DNA from: a virus
Taxonomy: Duplodnaviria; Caudoviricetes
Virus record (IMG/VR): IMGVR_UViG_3300025191_000001
Location: 30,039 to 94,038 of that record
Direction: 5' to 3' (one strand)
Length of the DNA stretch: 64,000 nucleotides
A program made the position numbers and the translations under genes. This document shows, piece after piece, positions 36,039 to 46,358 of this stretch. Below the pieces are notes generated by a model. That model did no database searches and had not been told where the DNA came from. It worked only from the letters and a program-made list of their open reading frames with translations. Positions within the stretch are counted from its first letter, which is position 1. Every line of letters begins with the position of its first letter.

Positions 36039-36217
36039 CCATTCAATTCCTTCATAACATCTACTCCATTAAATTCCTTCCAAAACTTATCTTGTCCCGC
36101 GATATACAATACAGCGTCTTGTTCTGATAAAGTGTCTCTATTGTCTTTTCCAAAGTAAGCGTCTGAATATCCGAGCTTGTAGAGTTGTTCATCTTTATAG
36201 TTGTTATGATGTGACAT
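36035..36217 (-). CDS. hypothetical protein
   Basis: AAGGAG RBS. Confidence 0.55.
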   Translation of the reverse strand: MSHHNNYKDEQLYKLGYSDAYFGKDNRDTLSEQDAVLYIAGQDKFWKEFNGVDVMKELNG

Positions 36218-37226
36218 TACTGAACTCCTTATTATGCTTGTGCCAGTCGGATATTAGGCCAAATAGTGTGTCTTCTATCTTAACGTAATCAGGTTTATTT
36301 GGCAACACAGATTGCTTCGCCATAAGTTCTACCCTGTACATCAAATATTCTAACATAGGTTTAACCTCAGTAGTCCAATCCATTTGCCCTCCCTTAACTC
36401 TAAGAATTAAATATCGAACAGAGCTAGGTAACACTACATCCATTTTTCCTTTAAGTAGTGCTGTCTCTAATTGATACCCTGCCCTAAAAGCATGTGACAC
36501 TGCTTTCCAATCAATACCTTCGTTATCCATAGCCAGTTTTGCTCTGTTTCCGTACTTGTTAATCTCAGATGAAATCCTTTCATAAAATTCTTTTAAGTAG
36601 GTAGTCCACTGATGTTTCTTGCCCAGTACCTCATAATGATCATCTTCTTTTTTAAGAAACTCATCTGTAGGCAGTGACTCCATAAAATCCATTAACCTAG
36701 AAGGACTGTCGTTGAGGTTGTAATCACACACCTTAAGGTGCTTTTTAACCTTGTGTAAACTATCTAGCCTACTACCTTTAATTCCGTACTTAGCTGCTTG
36801 CCTACTGCAGTACCCAAAGTACGCTTTCATATCTTTATGAATAAATAGATCATAAAATTCATTACGCAGTCTATACACAGGGTGGTTAGTCTCTTGTGCT
36901 AATTCACTAGTAATCATATTGCCATAGTCGTCATAATAAGTTACAGCTTCTTCTGGGGCGAATAACATATCAAATGTCACCATCTCACCTTTAGACAACA
37001 ATTGCACAAACTTTTGGATACTGTACACCTCATAATCTGTATCTTCTGACGTATTTTTCTCATTACTCTTGTTAGTAGAGTAATCAATAGAGTCTTTAAC
37101 TTTACCTAACATCATAGATTTAAGGTCAGGCATGTAGATACCTTTAAAATCTAAATCTGATTCAGGTGTATTTAGTTTGTATAGATGGCTCCCATGTACA
37201 AACTTTGCCAATAACTTACCTTGCAT
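36204..37226 (-). CDS. Pol-beta superfamily nucleotidyltransferase (T4 NrdC.11-like)
   Basis: HGSHLYKLNTPESDLDFKGIY, QAAKYGIKGSR, IDWKAVSHA. Confidence 0.85.
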   Translation of the reverse strand: MQGKLLAKFVHGSHLYKLNTPESDLDFKGIYMPDLKSMMLGKVKDSIDYSTNKSNEKNTSEDTDYEVYSIQKFVQLLSKGEMVTFDMLFAPEEAVTYYDDYGNMITSELAQETNHPVYRLRNEFYDLFIHKDMKAYFGYCSRQAAKYGIKGSRLDSLHKVKKHLKVCDYNLNDSPSRLMDFMESLPTDEFLKKEDDHYEVLGKKHQWTTYLKEFYERISSEINKYGNRAKLAMDNEGIDWKAVSHAFRAGYQLETALLKGKMDVVLPSSVRYLILRVKGGQMDWTTEVKPMLEYLMYRVELMAKQSVLPNKPDYVKIEDTLFGLISDWHKHNKEFSNVTS

Positions 37227-37464
37227 AATTCATCTCCTCCCACACAGTGAAATCCCTAATATTAGTCCATTCCTTAGCTTCCTCCGCTTTAATACGTAGG
37301 CTTTCAGAAACTGTGTATTCTTTGTTAGTGTCAAGCCATAGAATGTATTCAGGGTCTAAGTCAGCAACCTCTCCACAGGTTTTACTTACGTGTTTTCCAA
37401 AAGTTAAAAACGTGTTTCTGTAAAGTATAAAATCTTTAGTCACAATCTTTTTGAATTTTTTCAT
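37216..37464 (-). CDS. small protein with FGKH motif (DUF3820/ExoX C-terminal-like)
   Basis: LTFGKH...DPEYILWL. Confidence 0.65.
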   Translation of the reverse strand: MKKFKKIVTKDFILYRNTFLTFGKHVSKTCGEVADLDPEYILWLDTNKEYTVSESLRIKAEEAKEWTNIRDFTVWEEMNYAR

Positions 37465-37473
37465 TATATACCC

Positions 37474-38187
37474 CTATTTACCGTGATTTTCTGAATATCC
37501 AGCGCCTTCTTTATTAAGACGAGTAATAGCTTCTTTCCTAGCCTTACAAGCAAGGTCGAATGCCTCTTTTTTGCCATATTTTCTTATAGAAAAATATCTA
37601 GTCTGCCATTTACCATCTAATTCCGACCAAGCTGCAACGTACCCTTTAATTTTACCACTTTCTTTGCGAAGAGATACCCCTGTAAACCCTGTAGTATTAT
37701 TTTTACTTTTTCTTTTATTCCTTGCTTGCTTCTCTTTCAAAACCCAAGTACAGTTATCGGGGTGATATCCCTTGTTTACGTCTGCTCTTTCTATTGAATA
37801 ATTTTCGTTAGGTCTCCTCCCCATATCATATATAAACTGCTCAAAAGAGTTTTTCCAACCTTCATACATATCAATACCTCTGCCCCCGTAATCAACATAA
37901 CCTTTGTCATTTTTATTGTAGCATCTTCCTTTTATACTGCTCCATATGTAGTATTCAGAAGCGTGGGACATACCGTGTGTAGCTCTTCTCTTACTCATAA
38001 GTTCTTTTTGTAGGCAGCCACAACTTCTTGTCTGACCACTTACTAAACTGTAAGCCACTACCTCTACTTTGTTACCGCAGGTACATTCACATAAGTATTT
38101 AGTATTACGGTTACTATCACTCCCTATAAATTCTATTACTTTTAGTCTGCCGAAAGTTTCTCCTTCGTGATTTACAAATTTACCCAT
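37474..38187 (-). CDS. HNH-like homing endonuclease with AP2 domain
   Basis: GETFGRLKV, CECTCG, SCGC, YGGRGI, SIERADVNKGYHPDNCTW, AP2-like C-terminus. Confidence 0.85.
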   Translation of the reverse strand: MGKFVNHEGETFGRLKVIEFIGSDSNRNTKYLCECTCGNKVEVVAYSLVSGQTRSCGCLQKELMSKRRATHGMSHASEYYIWSSIKGRCYNKNDKGYVDYGGRGIDMYEGWKNSFEQFIYDMGRRPNENYSIERADVNKGYHPDNCTWVLKEKQARNKRKSKNNTTGFTGVSLRKESGKIKGYVAAWSELDGKWQTRYFSIRKYGKKEAFDLACKARKEAITRLNKEGAGYSENHGK

Positions 38188-38247
38188 TTCTTAAACTCCT
38201 GTAAAACCTTTTAAATTTCTTGAAAGTCCTTGTATTCTCCTTATTTA

Positions 38248-38682
38248 TCAGTCAGTAAATACTATATCTATGTTACCTGTTTCATCACACACTAATTGCA
38301 TCTTAGATATATCTACGTCATCGACAATATCTCTATTTGATTTAAAACTTTTAATAATACGTTCTTCTAAATCCTCTTCAAAATCTTTTACAATTTCTTG
38401 GAAAGCTTTATTTTTTCTAACTGTATTACGCCAGTCTTTCTCTTTTAAAAATGTACCATACTGAAGTAAGGTATCTACAGCGTCTTTAGGGTCGGAGGTT
38501 ATCTTAATTATATCAGCTTGAGTTTCATCCCAACAGTAGTATAAATCTATAGTTTCAATTCCTAACACTTTCTTAAACTCTGTAGTGATGAAATTTCCCA
38601 TCCAATCTTCCCAGCCTTCGGTTTTCTGTAGGTCGGATTCGTACATGTTCATTCTCCTTAGTTGTTCATAAAAATTGTACAC
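38248..38682 (-). CDS. hypothetical protein
   Basis: ORF in operon. Confidence 0.6.
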   Translation of the reverse strand: MYNFYEQLRRMNMYESDLQKTEGWEDWMGNFITTEFKKVLGIETIDLYYCWDETQADIIKITSDPKDAVDTLLQYGTFLKEKDWRNTVRKNKAFQEIVKDFEEDLEERIIKSFKSNRDIVDDVDISKMQLVCDETGNIDIVFTD

Positions 38683-38698
38683 CCTTAAAAAGTGAACG

Positions 38699-40003
38699 TC
38701 AAGTGTTATTTTTCCTAAGTCCTCTATAAAATTGCTTAACGTCTTTATGTACTATTACATCATTATAAGTAGGTTCTTTCACAAATGCAATACTTTTTAA
38801 ATCTTTAACTCTAGACAGAGCTACATACAATTGTCCGTGACTAAATGCCCCTTTCCCTATATCAATTGCAACATTATTTAAAGTTTGTCCTTGGCTAACG
38901 TGTACAGATTGCGCATAAGCCAATTCTAAAGGTATCTGTGTAAACTTGCTGACAACTTCCTTCTCTAAGTTACCAAGTTTGTTACGGTAGTTATATTTTT
39001 CCCATGTGTTAGGTAGTACTGTAACCTCCCTACCATTATGTTTCTTAACACGAACCATAACCTTATCTACATAAGTTACTATGCCCTTCTCCCCGTTGAC
39101 GTATTCTCCGTTCTCATCATTAGCCTTAAACATTACTCTCGCTCCTTCTCGGAGTTCCACCTTATGCCCTACCGTGGAGTCAGCCCACTTATCTTCTGTC
39201 AGTATATTTTCGATACGTGCTTGGTAGGTGAATATAGGAGTCTCTAACCTCTTAAAGTATTTCCTATTGTACTTCCTTACATCTGCCTTGTAGTTACATA
39301 ACACAGTAACATCTTCATTAGGTACGTAAGGAGTAGATTCTTTAATTATTGCGTCAAGTGCAAATTTGTAATTTTTATCTTTCTGGCGAATACTCGAAAG
39401 CATTTTAGCCTGTCTTTCATCTTGCTGTCTAAATACTTTAGTGAGTTCCACTAACTCAAACTGGAAAGCAGCACTCTTAAAACAGAAAGGAGATGAGTAC
39501 TCACTGTAGTATGCTTCTTCCTCATAAGACGTGATAACTGGATCGATCTGGAAAAAATCACCAACCACGATTATTTGTAGACCGCCAAAGGGCTTATTGT
39601 TTCCCCTAACCATCTGTAATTTAGAGTTTATAAGTTCAAACATGTCCATACGTAGGCAGCTAATTTCATCTATCACTATGCGTTTTACAGGAGAATACAC
39701 TCCAAATAAGTCTTTAGCCTTACGTGAAGCACTCATGAAGTCCTGTGCGGTAGGTACACCTAGCGGGAGTCCAAACGTCCTATGGCATGTGGTCCCTTTA
39801 ATGTTTAAAGCAGCTATACCCGTAGGGGCACACAAAATTGTATTAGGATCTAGTATGTGGTCAATCACTACCGACTTTCCACAACCTGCCTCAGCGGTTA
39901 ATAATACATTCTTCCCATCCCTAATTTTACTTAATGCCATCTCTTGTTCCTGCGAAAGTGTGATCCCCACATTCCCCTCCTTACAACTGTTTATCTTCAT
40001 CAA
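38699..40003 (-). CDS. Pif1/RecD-like SF1B DNA helicase
   Basis: AEAGCGKS, APTGIAA, IDEIS, PFGG.Q..VGDFFQ, FRQ, SQGQTL, GQLYVALSRV. Confidence 0.92.
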   Translation of the reverse strand: MMKINSCKEGNVGITLSQEQEMALSKIRDGKNVLLTAEAGCGKSVVIDHILDPNTILCAPTGIAALNIKGTTCHRTFGLPLGVPTAQDFMSASRKAKDLFGVYSPVKRIVIDEISCLRMDMFELINSKLQMVRGNNKPFGGLQIIVVGDFFQIDPVITSYEEEAYYSEYSSPFCFKSAAFQFELVELTKVFRQQDERQAKMLSSIRQKDKNYKFALDAIIKESTPYVPNEDVTVLCNYKADVRKYNRKYFKRLETPIFTYQARIENILTEDKWADSTVGHKVELREGARVMFKANDENGEYVNGEKGIVTYVDKVMVRVKKHNGREVTVLPNTWEKYNYRNKLGNLEKEVVSKFTQIPLELAYAQSVHVSQGQTLNNVAIDIGKGAFSHGQLYVALSRVKDLKSIAFVKEPTYNDVIVHKDVKQFYRGLRKNNT

Positions 40004-40256
40004 AGACTATTTTCCAGAAGTCATCCCATCTACTTTTTACTAAAAAATACAATCCTATACAATTCCCTACTACACATCCTAAGAAGATTATCCCTACGAT
40101 ATACCACACTGCATTATCCATTACAACTCATCCTCAAAATTCATTATAAACTCATCTATGTCATCAAACAAGTCTTTCTCTTTATCAGTGTGTAAACTGT
40201 CATAAGGAAACTCTTGTGCAAGACGCTCTCTTAATTTATTAAGAATAACTCTAGCT

Positions 40257-40757
40257 TTATGCTTTGTCATAATACTTCCCTTCTAGTTTTGTAATCTCGT
40301 TAATATTATCCTCTATCCAAACCATAGCGTAGGAAGTCTCATCCCTCATACACTCATACACTGTTTGATAATCCCATCCCTTAAAGCAATCGTAATACTT
40401 ACACAAAGCCTTAGCATGTTCAATCCTTTTAGAATGTTGTTCTTTCTCAGGGTATAATTGCACAGTAATCTCATGCCCTAGTATTTCCATATCTCTTTCT
40501 ATGGAATCACTTCCAAAGAGTAATCTCAATGTGTTTATAATACTCTGCTTAAACTTAGCTTCATATAATTCTTGTGCAATAACTCCTGTAGAGTTAGTAA
40601 GCCCTCTTACAATCTTAATATAGAAAGGTGTATTGGTAGCTTGTACATTAATGGGTAGCTCATCTTTAATTAGTAATATAGGACATACAATGCTTAGGCC
40701 TGTCCACAAGATAATACTGAAAGTTAGTATGTAAAAAAGTTGCTCAATCATTGCCAT
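40257..40757 (-). CDS. membrane-anchored hypothetical protein
   Basis: N-terminal TM helix. Confidence 0.65.
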   Translation of the reverse strand: MAMIEQLFYILTFSIILWTGLSIVCPILLIKDELPINVQATNTPFYIKIVRGLTNSTGVIAQELYEAKFKQSIINTLRLLFGSDSIERDMEILGHEITVQLYPEKEQHSKRIEHAKALCKYYDCFKGWDYQTVYECMRDETSYAMVWIEDNINEITKLEGKYYDKA

Positions 40758-40932
40758 TCTCCTTTAAATATTTAATCTCATCTTTTAGTTCTTCTATTTC
40801 TTCCTCTAGTGCGTATATCTTATAAAGAAGTTCTTCCTCTGCTCCCTCTTGCGCTTCTTCTATTTGATCGTCAATGAACTGTTGTAGTTCATATACTAAA
40901 TCACTTACATCTGTAAAACTATATGTTGTCAT
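40744..40932 (-). CDS. small acidic coiled-coil protein
   Basis: AGGAG RBS. Confidence 0.6.
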   Translation of the reverse strand: MTTYSFTDVSDLVYELQQFIDDQIEEAQEGAEEELLYKIYALEEEIEELKDEIKYLKENGND

Positions 40933-40950
40933 ATTGTCTCCTTTGAAGAA

Positions 40951-40968
40951 AGAGGGCTTTCGCCCTCT
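40951..40968 (-). terminator. intrinsic terminator
   Basis: AGAGGGC-GAAA-GCCCTCT followed by TTCTT. Confidence 0.7.
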
Positions 40969-40976
40969 ATAAAGAA

Positions 40977-42110
40977 TTATTCGTAGAAAGTTACAGTACG
41001 TTCTTGAGGGAACACCTCGTATATATTCTCCATTTCAAGGTTCTCGTAACCAACATAACTGTAGTAGCTGTATTCTACACGGTAGTATCTACCTTTCCAA
41101 GAGAACACAGCATAGCAATCTTCTGAACCACCCTCACCGCCACCCTCTTGGGTAATATGCTTCGCATCTTTTGGTAGACTACCCCATCCGTCTACAAGGT
41201 TTTCCTCAAAGAGAAGATACAAGGTCATATCGGTATCGTAGTAATCTAATCCTTCTTCAATACCTGCATCTGCAATCTCTCTCAACAATTCTAGTGCTTT
41301 ATCTTCACCTAAATACTTAGACATATATTTCTCCTCTAAATTTAACAGTTTTACTACTTTATCAAAATCCTCTTTACGAGGTCTTACAAAATGTTCTAAG
41401 TTTAAGACAATAAAATCTGTAGCCCATCCCTTAGTCAAATTTGTAATCGTTTTCTGTAGGGCAAGTGAGTATGCTTTCATCCAAGTCATACCTCTATCGA
41501 ACCAGTATTGTTTAAGATACCAACGCTCTAAGGCTATAGCGGTTATTTCCTCTCTGAACATACTAATCTGTTCTACAAAATCTAGTTTATTAAACTTACT
41601 CTTATCAATCAACACCTGTTTACCATCTTTTAAACATTTAGTATAAGTAGGTGGCTCAGGATGTGTAATCAACTCATGAAGTAAGTCATGGTCATATTCA
41701 TACTCTACGAAGTCATTAAAGAACATTTCTTTAGACTTGTCAAGATTTAAAAATGATTTATCTCCTAAATCTTCTTTCCACCAGTTGATTAACTCTTCGT
41801 AAAGGTCTGGTATAAGTTTACAACCTTTTTGTTTCAACACTAGTATATCTTTCTTGTGTTTCTGCCAAGAAGGATTACTCCAACCTAAGTGAGAACATTT
41901 AATAGTATACACCATATCAGGTGTGGCGTAGATAGAATTACTGCTGTATGTGAATAATAGTTCAAATAATGAAAATGGTACAGGCACAACGTCATATCCT
42001 TTATCCTTGTATTTGTCTGCTAAATCCAGAGGACACATCAAATCAACGTCTTTGCTACCTCTAAGCATTATACCATGTTTAGACAATGCTGTTGTACCTA
42101 TAATTATCAT
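40977..42110 (-). CDS. conserved phage protein, nucleotidyltransferase-like N-terminus fused to an acidic C-terminal domain
   Basis: IGTTAL...KDVDL, YTIKCSH, YDHDLLHE; internal RBS/ATG at 41324. Confidence 0.7.
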   Translation of the reverse strand: MIIIGTTALSKHGIMLRGSKDVDLMCPLDLADKYKDKGYDVVPVPFSLFELLFTYSSNSIYATPDMVYTIKCSHLGWSNPSWQKHKKDILVLKQKGCKLIPDLYEELINWWKEDLGDKSFLNLDKSKEMFFNDFVEYEYDHDLLHELITHPEPPTYTKCLKDGKQVLIDKSKFNKLDFVEQISMFREEITAIALERWYLKQYWFDRGMTWMKAYSLALQKTITNLTKGWATDFIVLNLEHFVRPRKEDFDKVVKLLNLEEKYMSKYLGEDKALELLREIADAGIEEGLDYYDTDMTLYLLFEENLVDGWGSLPKDAKHITQEGGGEGGSEDCYAVFSWKGRYYRVEYSYYSYVGYENLEMENIYEVFPQERTVTFYE

Positions 42111-42119
42111 ATTGTCTCC

Positions 42120-42386
42120 TCAATTAATTGGTTTCTGATTCATATCTTCATTCATATCTCTAGCTAAATCCCAGTAAACAACCCCTTTCCTATCTACAAA
42201 TACATCGAAAGATTGCGTCTCAAAAGGATTAGTTGGATTAATAATATCATAACGATAAAGGCTGTCAAGTCTTTTTGTACCTAATTGCCTAATTTGTATT
42301 GCTACTTGCTGCCCAGTCTTAAATGCTATGCCATTTTGCAAGGAATACTTCATAGCGATTAATTTATCTTGCATGTTATTGTCCAT
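42120..42386 (-). CDS. hypothetical protein
   Basis: GAGGAG RBS before MDNNMQ. Confidence 0.6.
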   Translation of the reverse strand: MDNNMQDKLIAMKYSLQNGIAFKTGQQVAIQIRQLGTKRLDSLYRYDIINPTNPFETQSFDVFVDRKGVVYWDLARDMNEDMNQKPIN

Positions 42387-42798
42387 GAGATACTTTCTCC
42401 TCAGTGTCAATAATAATTTTATCAAAGCTTGCCCATAACTTGTCTTGACTAGTGGAATCCCCTGTACATTGATATACACTACCTGACCAAGATAAATCCT
42501 TTTCCATCATCATGTTTATGTAAAACATATCATTAAGGTCTTCCTCCCAATTATCCTCTAAATCTTTTAAGAGTTTGCCTACCTCAGAAAGTTTAATCTC
42601 GGACAGTGACAGTTGCCCATGACCATTGTAGAACTCTGTCTGATTCAACACTTGTTTCCATAAAGGGGTAGGCTCTTGATAAATATCCTCTTCTAAGATT
42701 TTTAACTTTCTATCTATCTCTGCTAGATGCTCATCTACCTTCTGTCTTAGGTAGAATACGTCTTCAGCTAAGTCTTGTCTGCAAGTATCTGTAATCAT
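42376..42798 (-). CDS. hypothetical protein
   Basis: GAGGAG RBS. Confidence 0.65.
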   Translation of the reverse strand: MITDTCRQDLAEDVFYLRQKVDEHLAEIDRKLKILEEDIYQEPTPLWKQVLNQTEFYNGHGQLSLSEIKLSEVGKLLKDLEDNWEEDLNDMFYINMMMEKDLSWSGSVYQCTGDSTSQDKLWASFDKIIIDTEEKVSHGQ

Positions 42799-42995
42799 AA
42801 TTTATTCTCCTCATTTAGTTTATTTAAAATATTCTCACAATACTCGTATGTGCCCTCACACACAAAGTTTTCACATATAATATCTGTATTAAAGAATTTG
42901 GCGTCTACGTAGGACATTACTTTGTATTTGTTTTCACTAGGCAATCCTGTAGCGATAATTTTGTGTTTTGGTTTATTCAATATCGACCTCCTCAA
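42795..42995 (-). CDS. hypothetical protein
   Basis: Coupled ORF. Confidence 0.5.
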   Translation of the reverse strand: MRRSILNKPKHKIIATGLPSENKYKVMSYVDAKFFNTDIICENFVCEGTYEYCENILNKLNEENKL

Positions 42996-43185
42996 TTTTA
43001 ATTACTTGACAAGGAAAGTCGTCCTCTAGGTCTAACGGAAAGAATTTAATTTCACAAGTATCTTCCTCAAAGAATCTCTCTTGTCTCATTCTAGACATAA
43101 ACCATTCTCTTTCCTCTGGGTCGTCAAAGTTGCACCATAAGTCTTCGTCAACTTCTATTAGTATTTCTGCTTTAAGGTATTTCAT
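42973..43185 (-). CDS. acidic hypothetical protein
   Basis: GGAGGAG RBS. Confidence 0.6.
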   Translation of the reverse strand: MKYLKAEILIEVDEDLWCNFDDPEEREWFMSRMRQERFFEEDTCEIKFFPLDLEDDFPCQVIKIEEVDIE

Positions 43186-43355
43186 AGGTCAGTCTCCTCC
43201 TCCTCTGTCAATCTACCATAACAGTCATCTGCTAAGGTCGCATATTTACTTAATAATTCCTCTGTATCTTTTAACAGTCCCTCGTTTACTTTACCTGTAG
43301 CTAAGATGTGTAAGAATCTCAATTCATCGTATAACTGGTACAAAGCCTTATCCAT
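43182..43355 (-). CDS. 57-aa hypothetical protein (not in ORF track)
   Basis: MDKALYQLYDELRFLHILATG...; GAGGAG RBS; TTGACA-N17-TATCAT promoter upstream. Confidence 0.6.
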   Translation of the reverse strand: MDKALYQLYDELRFLHILATGKVNEGLLKDTEELLSKYATLADDCYGRLTEEEETDL

Positions 43356-43441
43356 AGTTTCTCCTCTTATAAAATTAAAGTCTGTAAAGCACCACTTTTT
43401 AAAATGATACCTTACAGACTTTGTGTTGTCAACTAATTATT

Positions 43442-44224
43442 TTAAATATCACCCTCATATAGTTTAGTGATAAATTTACTACCTTCAGAACGTCTATTCT
43501 CATCAGTATTCATCTTGACATAACCTACATGGTCATATTTGGCAAACCTTTGGTCGTTTTGTATATAAGTTACTCTTTCTATGAAGTCTTTAAAACCATC
43601 TTCTCGTTTCTTAACTGCATAGCGTTGCCTACTGTCGCCTAAGACTAGGTATTTAGTGCCTACACCACAACGCTCTAATAAGAGTTTAACAGTGTCAGGA
43701 CTCATTAGCTGGCTCTCATCTATAATCACAACACTGTAATCGAATGTACTGCCTAAGAGGAAGTTAGGGATTGTCAATCTAATACGACCTGCTGCTTCAT
43801 CAGCCTCCAATTTAGGTTTAGACATAAATTCTTGGAAGATGTATCTTGTAGTTTGAAGATGCGCGAGAAGTTTGTCTGACTCGGAACCAGAAAGATACCC
43901 TATCTGATCATCCCCTGTCTCACAAGGAGACTTAATAAAAATTATGTTATTGTACTCTTGAGATTTAATGGATTGCAGTGCTAAGTACAAGGAGATAGAA
44001 GTTTTACCACAACCACTAGGTGCATCTACAATAGTGAAAGTGTGCTGATTAAAACTATCAACTACAAAGTTTTGTTGCCCTGCAGGTTCAAACCAATCCA
44101 TATTCCAATCATTGTCGAACTCTTTCTTCTTACGTTCTAATGCCAAATCCTCTATGCCCCTTTTTACACGTTGTTCGTGTTTATCAATTTTCTCTTTACG
44201 ATTAGGTTTACGTTCTCTAGTCAT
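43442..44224 (-). CDS. phoH: PhoH-like ATPase
   Basis: APSGCGKT, IGYLSG, FLLGSTF, IIDESQ, LLERCG, GDSRQ. Confidence 0.88.
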   Translation of the reverse strand: MTRERKPNRKEKIDKHEQRVKRGIEDLALERKKKEFDNDWNMDWFEPAGQQNFVVDSFNQHTFTIVDAPSGCGKTSISLYLALQSIKSQEYNNIIFIKSPCETGDDQIGYLSGSESDKLLAHLQTTRYIFQEFMSKPKLEADEAAGRIRLTIPNFLLGSTFDYSVVIIDESQLMSPDTVKLLLERCGVGTKYLVLGDSRQRYAVKKREDGFKDFIERVTYIQNDQRFAKYDHVGYVKMNTDENRRSEGSKFITKLYEGDI

Positions 44225-44904
44225 TATTCACTGTCCCCTTCATCATCTTCACCTACCATCATAGCCACTAACTCACGTTTCGTCTTTTTGAGTAGTTCCT
44301 CTTTAGTAGGTAATCCTTGTGATTGTTCATCATAGAACTCTTCTTCAATAGATTTTCTATATTCAAACATTCTTTCTAATCGTTCTTTATGCTCAGAAAT
44401 GTCATGGATATATAATGGAGTTCCCTTGAGTACATCAGTGAGTTCCTCATCGGTAAGAAATCCTTTGTAGACTTCCTCGTAGAAGGTTCGTATATCTCTG
44501 TCATGGAAATCTGTACTAGCTTTAATCTCAGGTGCTTTATTTGGAAAGTGTCCATACGTAGCTGTGTGTATCATTGTGTAAGCATAAGGTTCAATTCCTA
44601 TACTATCCCCCGCTAAGAGTAGGACACTGCCACCAGAAGAAGCTACGGACTTATTAACAGTGTATACAGTGGCATTCGTCATTCTTAAAGCATTGTATAC
44701 CGCTTTAGCAGTGTTTACACACCCACCATAACAGAAAACATTAAGCACAATCACCTCGTCCTCATGAGCCTCCTCACATACATTAAGTAACTTCTCAAAC
44801 TGAGAAATGTCCTCTATGTGACGTGGAGTAGTGAAACAATGTTTCTCCCCAAGTGAACGCACTTTATAACTACAACCATTTTCTAATTTATCACTCATAT
44901 CCAA
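44224..44904 (-). CDS. ClpP-like serine protease
   Basis: GGCV, VASSGGSVLLLAG, TMIHT. Confidence 0.75.
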   Translation of the reverse strand: MDMSDKLENGCSYKVRSLGEKHCFTTPRHIEDISQFEKLLNVCEEAHEDEVIVLNVFCYGGCVNTAKAVYNALRMTNATVYTVNKSVASSGGSVLLLAGDSIGIEPYAYTMIHTATYGHFPNKAPEIKASTDFHDRDIRTFYEEVYKGFLTDEELTDVLKGTPLYIHDISEHKERLERMFEYRKSIEEEFYDEQSQGLPTKEELLKKTKRELVAMMVGEDDEGDSE

Positions 44905-45011
44905 AACTCCTTATTTTAACCAAATGTTCTACTTCCTCTCTAGGAGAGAGTTTACTTGTACCACAATACTCCTCTATATAGTAACATGCCTCTTCGTGTG
45001 TGTAACCTTCT

Positions 45012-45335
45012 TCAATCAATATCTTGTACATAATTTACTTTAAAACTCCCTGGCACAATTGCATCCATTACTATTACTTTCTCTAGTCCTACTACACACC
45101 ATCGAAATATTTCTATTAACCACTCTCTTTCACAATCTTGTCTATTAACAGGGTCTACTATTACGAATCCTGTGGACTTTTCATACAGGAAGGCATTTAC
45201 TATGTGGAAGCAATAATCTTTTCTCAAGTATTTAACTAGGGAGTTGACTCCTTCTGGTGTACACTCAAATGTAGGCATATTAAGTCTTGAGGCAAAGGGA
45301 AATTCTTGTCTGAAGTAATCGTCTTTACAAATCAT
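45012..45335 (-). CDS. hypothetical protein
   Basis: Coupled ORF. Confidence 0.6.
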   Translation of the reverse strand: MICKDDYFRQEFPFASRLNMPTFECTPEGVNSLVKYLRKDYCFHIVNAFLYEKSTGFVIVDPVNRQDCEREWLIEIFRWCVVGLEKVIVMDAIVPGSFKVNYVQDID

Positions 45336-45501
45336 CTTTGTCCTCTCTGCAACTCAATGCACCCCTTAACCAATCTAAATCCTTTCTATTAATGTCCTTA
45401 ATTAAGAAATTACCACCAATATCTTCGTGAGAAATTACCATTCCATGTATTTTACAAATTTCTATAATCCTCTCTAGGAAAGCTTGTTCTCTTTTATTCA
45501 T
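45325..45501 (-). CDS. hypothetical protein
   Basis: MNKREQAF...ISHEDIGGNF. Confidence 0.55.
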   Translation of the reverse strand: MNKREQAFLERIIEICKIHGMVISHEDIGGNFLIKDINRKDLDWLRGALSCREDKDDL

Positions 45502-45844
45502 GTCTATCCCCTGACACTGCCACCTCAAAGAATTTACCCTTTAAACATTCTTCTAATGACACAATTCTGACTGAATCAGGGTAATTATCTAATAAACTAT
45601 TAAGTGTGCCCATGTTATAAGCTCCTGTAACGCCCTCAGACAATAGATTACATTTATATGTACTACCACTATACCCTATAAAAGAAATCGTCTCAGAATC
45701 GCATACAGCTCGTTCTATGCCACTATTCATCCTCCAACTATCACTACCTAAATAACCTCCTGCCCAAGAACCAAATACTTTGTATATAATTTCATCTTCG
45801 TATTTAATTTCTAGGAGGGCAAACTTGTCTGGATTGTATATCAT
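45494..45844 (-). CDS. conserved phage hypothetical protein
   Basis: YKVFGSWAGGYLGSDSWRMNSGI...GYSGSTYKC. Confidence 0.8.
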   Translation of the reverse strand: MIYNPDKFALLEIKYEDEIIYKVFGSWAGGYLGSDSWRMNSGIERAVCDSETISFIGYSGSTYKCNLLSEGVTGAYNMGTLNSLLDNYPDSVRIVSLEECLKGKFFEVAVSGDRHE

Positions 45845-46194
45845 AAATATTCCTCCACATAAATATTATTCTCTCTACGGTAAGCCATCTCTTTACACAT
45901 TGCTACATGTACATAAGGTTCGTAGTCTGAAACAGTCCACATGATTAATGATTGTAAGTGTTCATCAGAGATATTGCAAAGTTCAATTCTCTGAGGTTCA
46001 TTTAGTCTATCACCTCCCTTAGTAAATACACGCCCCCATGTAAACTCCTGACGGTAGTTCTCCCAATCATTGTACATCTTATCAGCTTCTCTCTGATTTA
46101 GTCTTACAATGGCTTCTAGTTCGTTATACGAGGTGTCTAACCCTATCTTAGCGTACATCTCAAAGAGTTCCTCTAATTTGTTGCTATGTTGCAT
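45841..46194 (-). CDS. hypothetical protein
   Basis: AGGAG RBS, first gene after promoter. Confidence 0.7.
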   Translation of the reverse strand: MQHSNKLEELFEMYAKIGLDTSYNELEAIVRLNQREADKMYNDWENYRQEFTWGRVFTKGGDRLNEPQRIELCNISDEHLQSLIMWTVSDYEPYVHVAMCKEMAYRRENNIYVEEYL

Positions 46195-46229
46195 TATATT
46201 TCTCCTTTAAGTTCCCTACCTAAGAACAT

Positions 46230-46257
46230 ATTCTACCACAGGTTTGTTCCCTGTCAA
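46230..46257 (-). promoter_or_regulatory. sigma70 promoter for leftward operon
   Basis: TTGACA-N16-TAGAAT with TG extension. Confidence 0.7.
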
Positions 46258-46324
46258 CTGTTTATTTTCAATTATTTTATTTAAGGGGTTTAGGTATTAT
46301 TTTAAGTTTATTTGAAAATAGTAG

Positions 46325-46352
46325 TTGCAAAGTTTGAAAACTCGTGTATAAT
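46325..46352 (+). promoter_or_regulatory. promoter upstream of structured element B
   Basis: TTGCAA-N16-TATAAT. Confidence 0.65.
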
Positions 46353-46358
46353 TAATCT

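Noticed and set aside
38190-38245. Possible duplicated gene start flanking the HNH-AP2 insertion (AAGAAATTTAAAAGG vs AAAAAATTCAAAAAG)
   Set aside because: Short, low-complexity and AT-rich; could be chance
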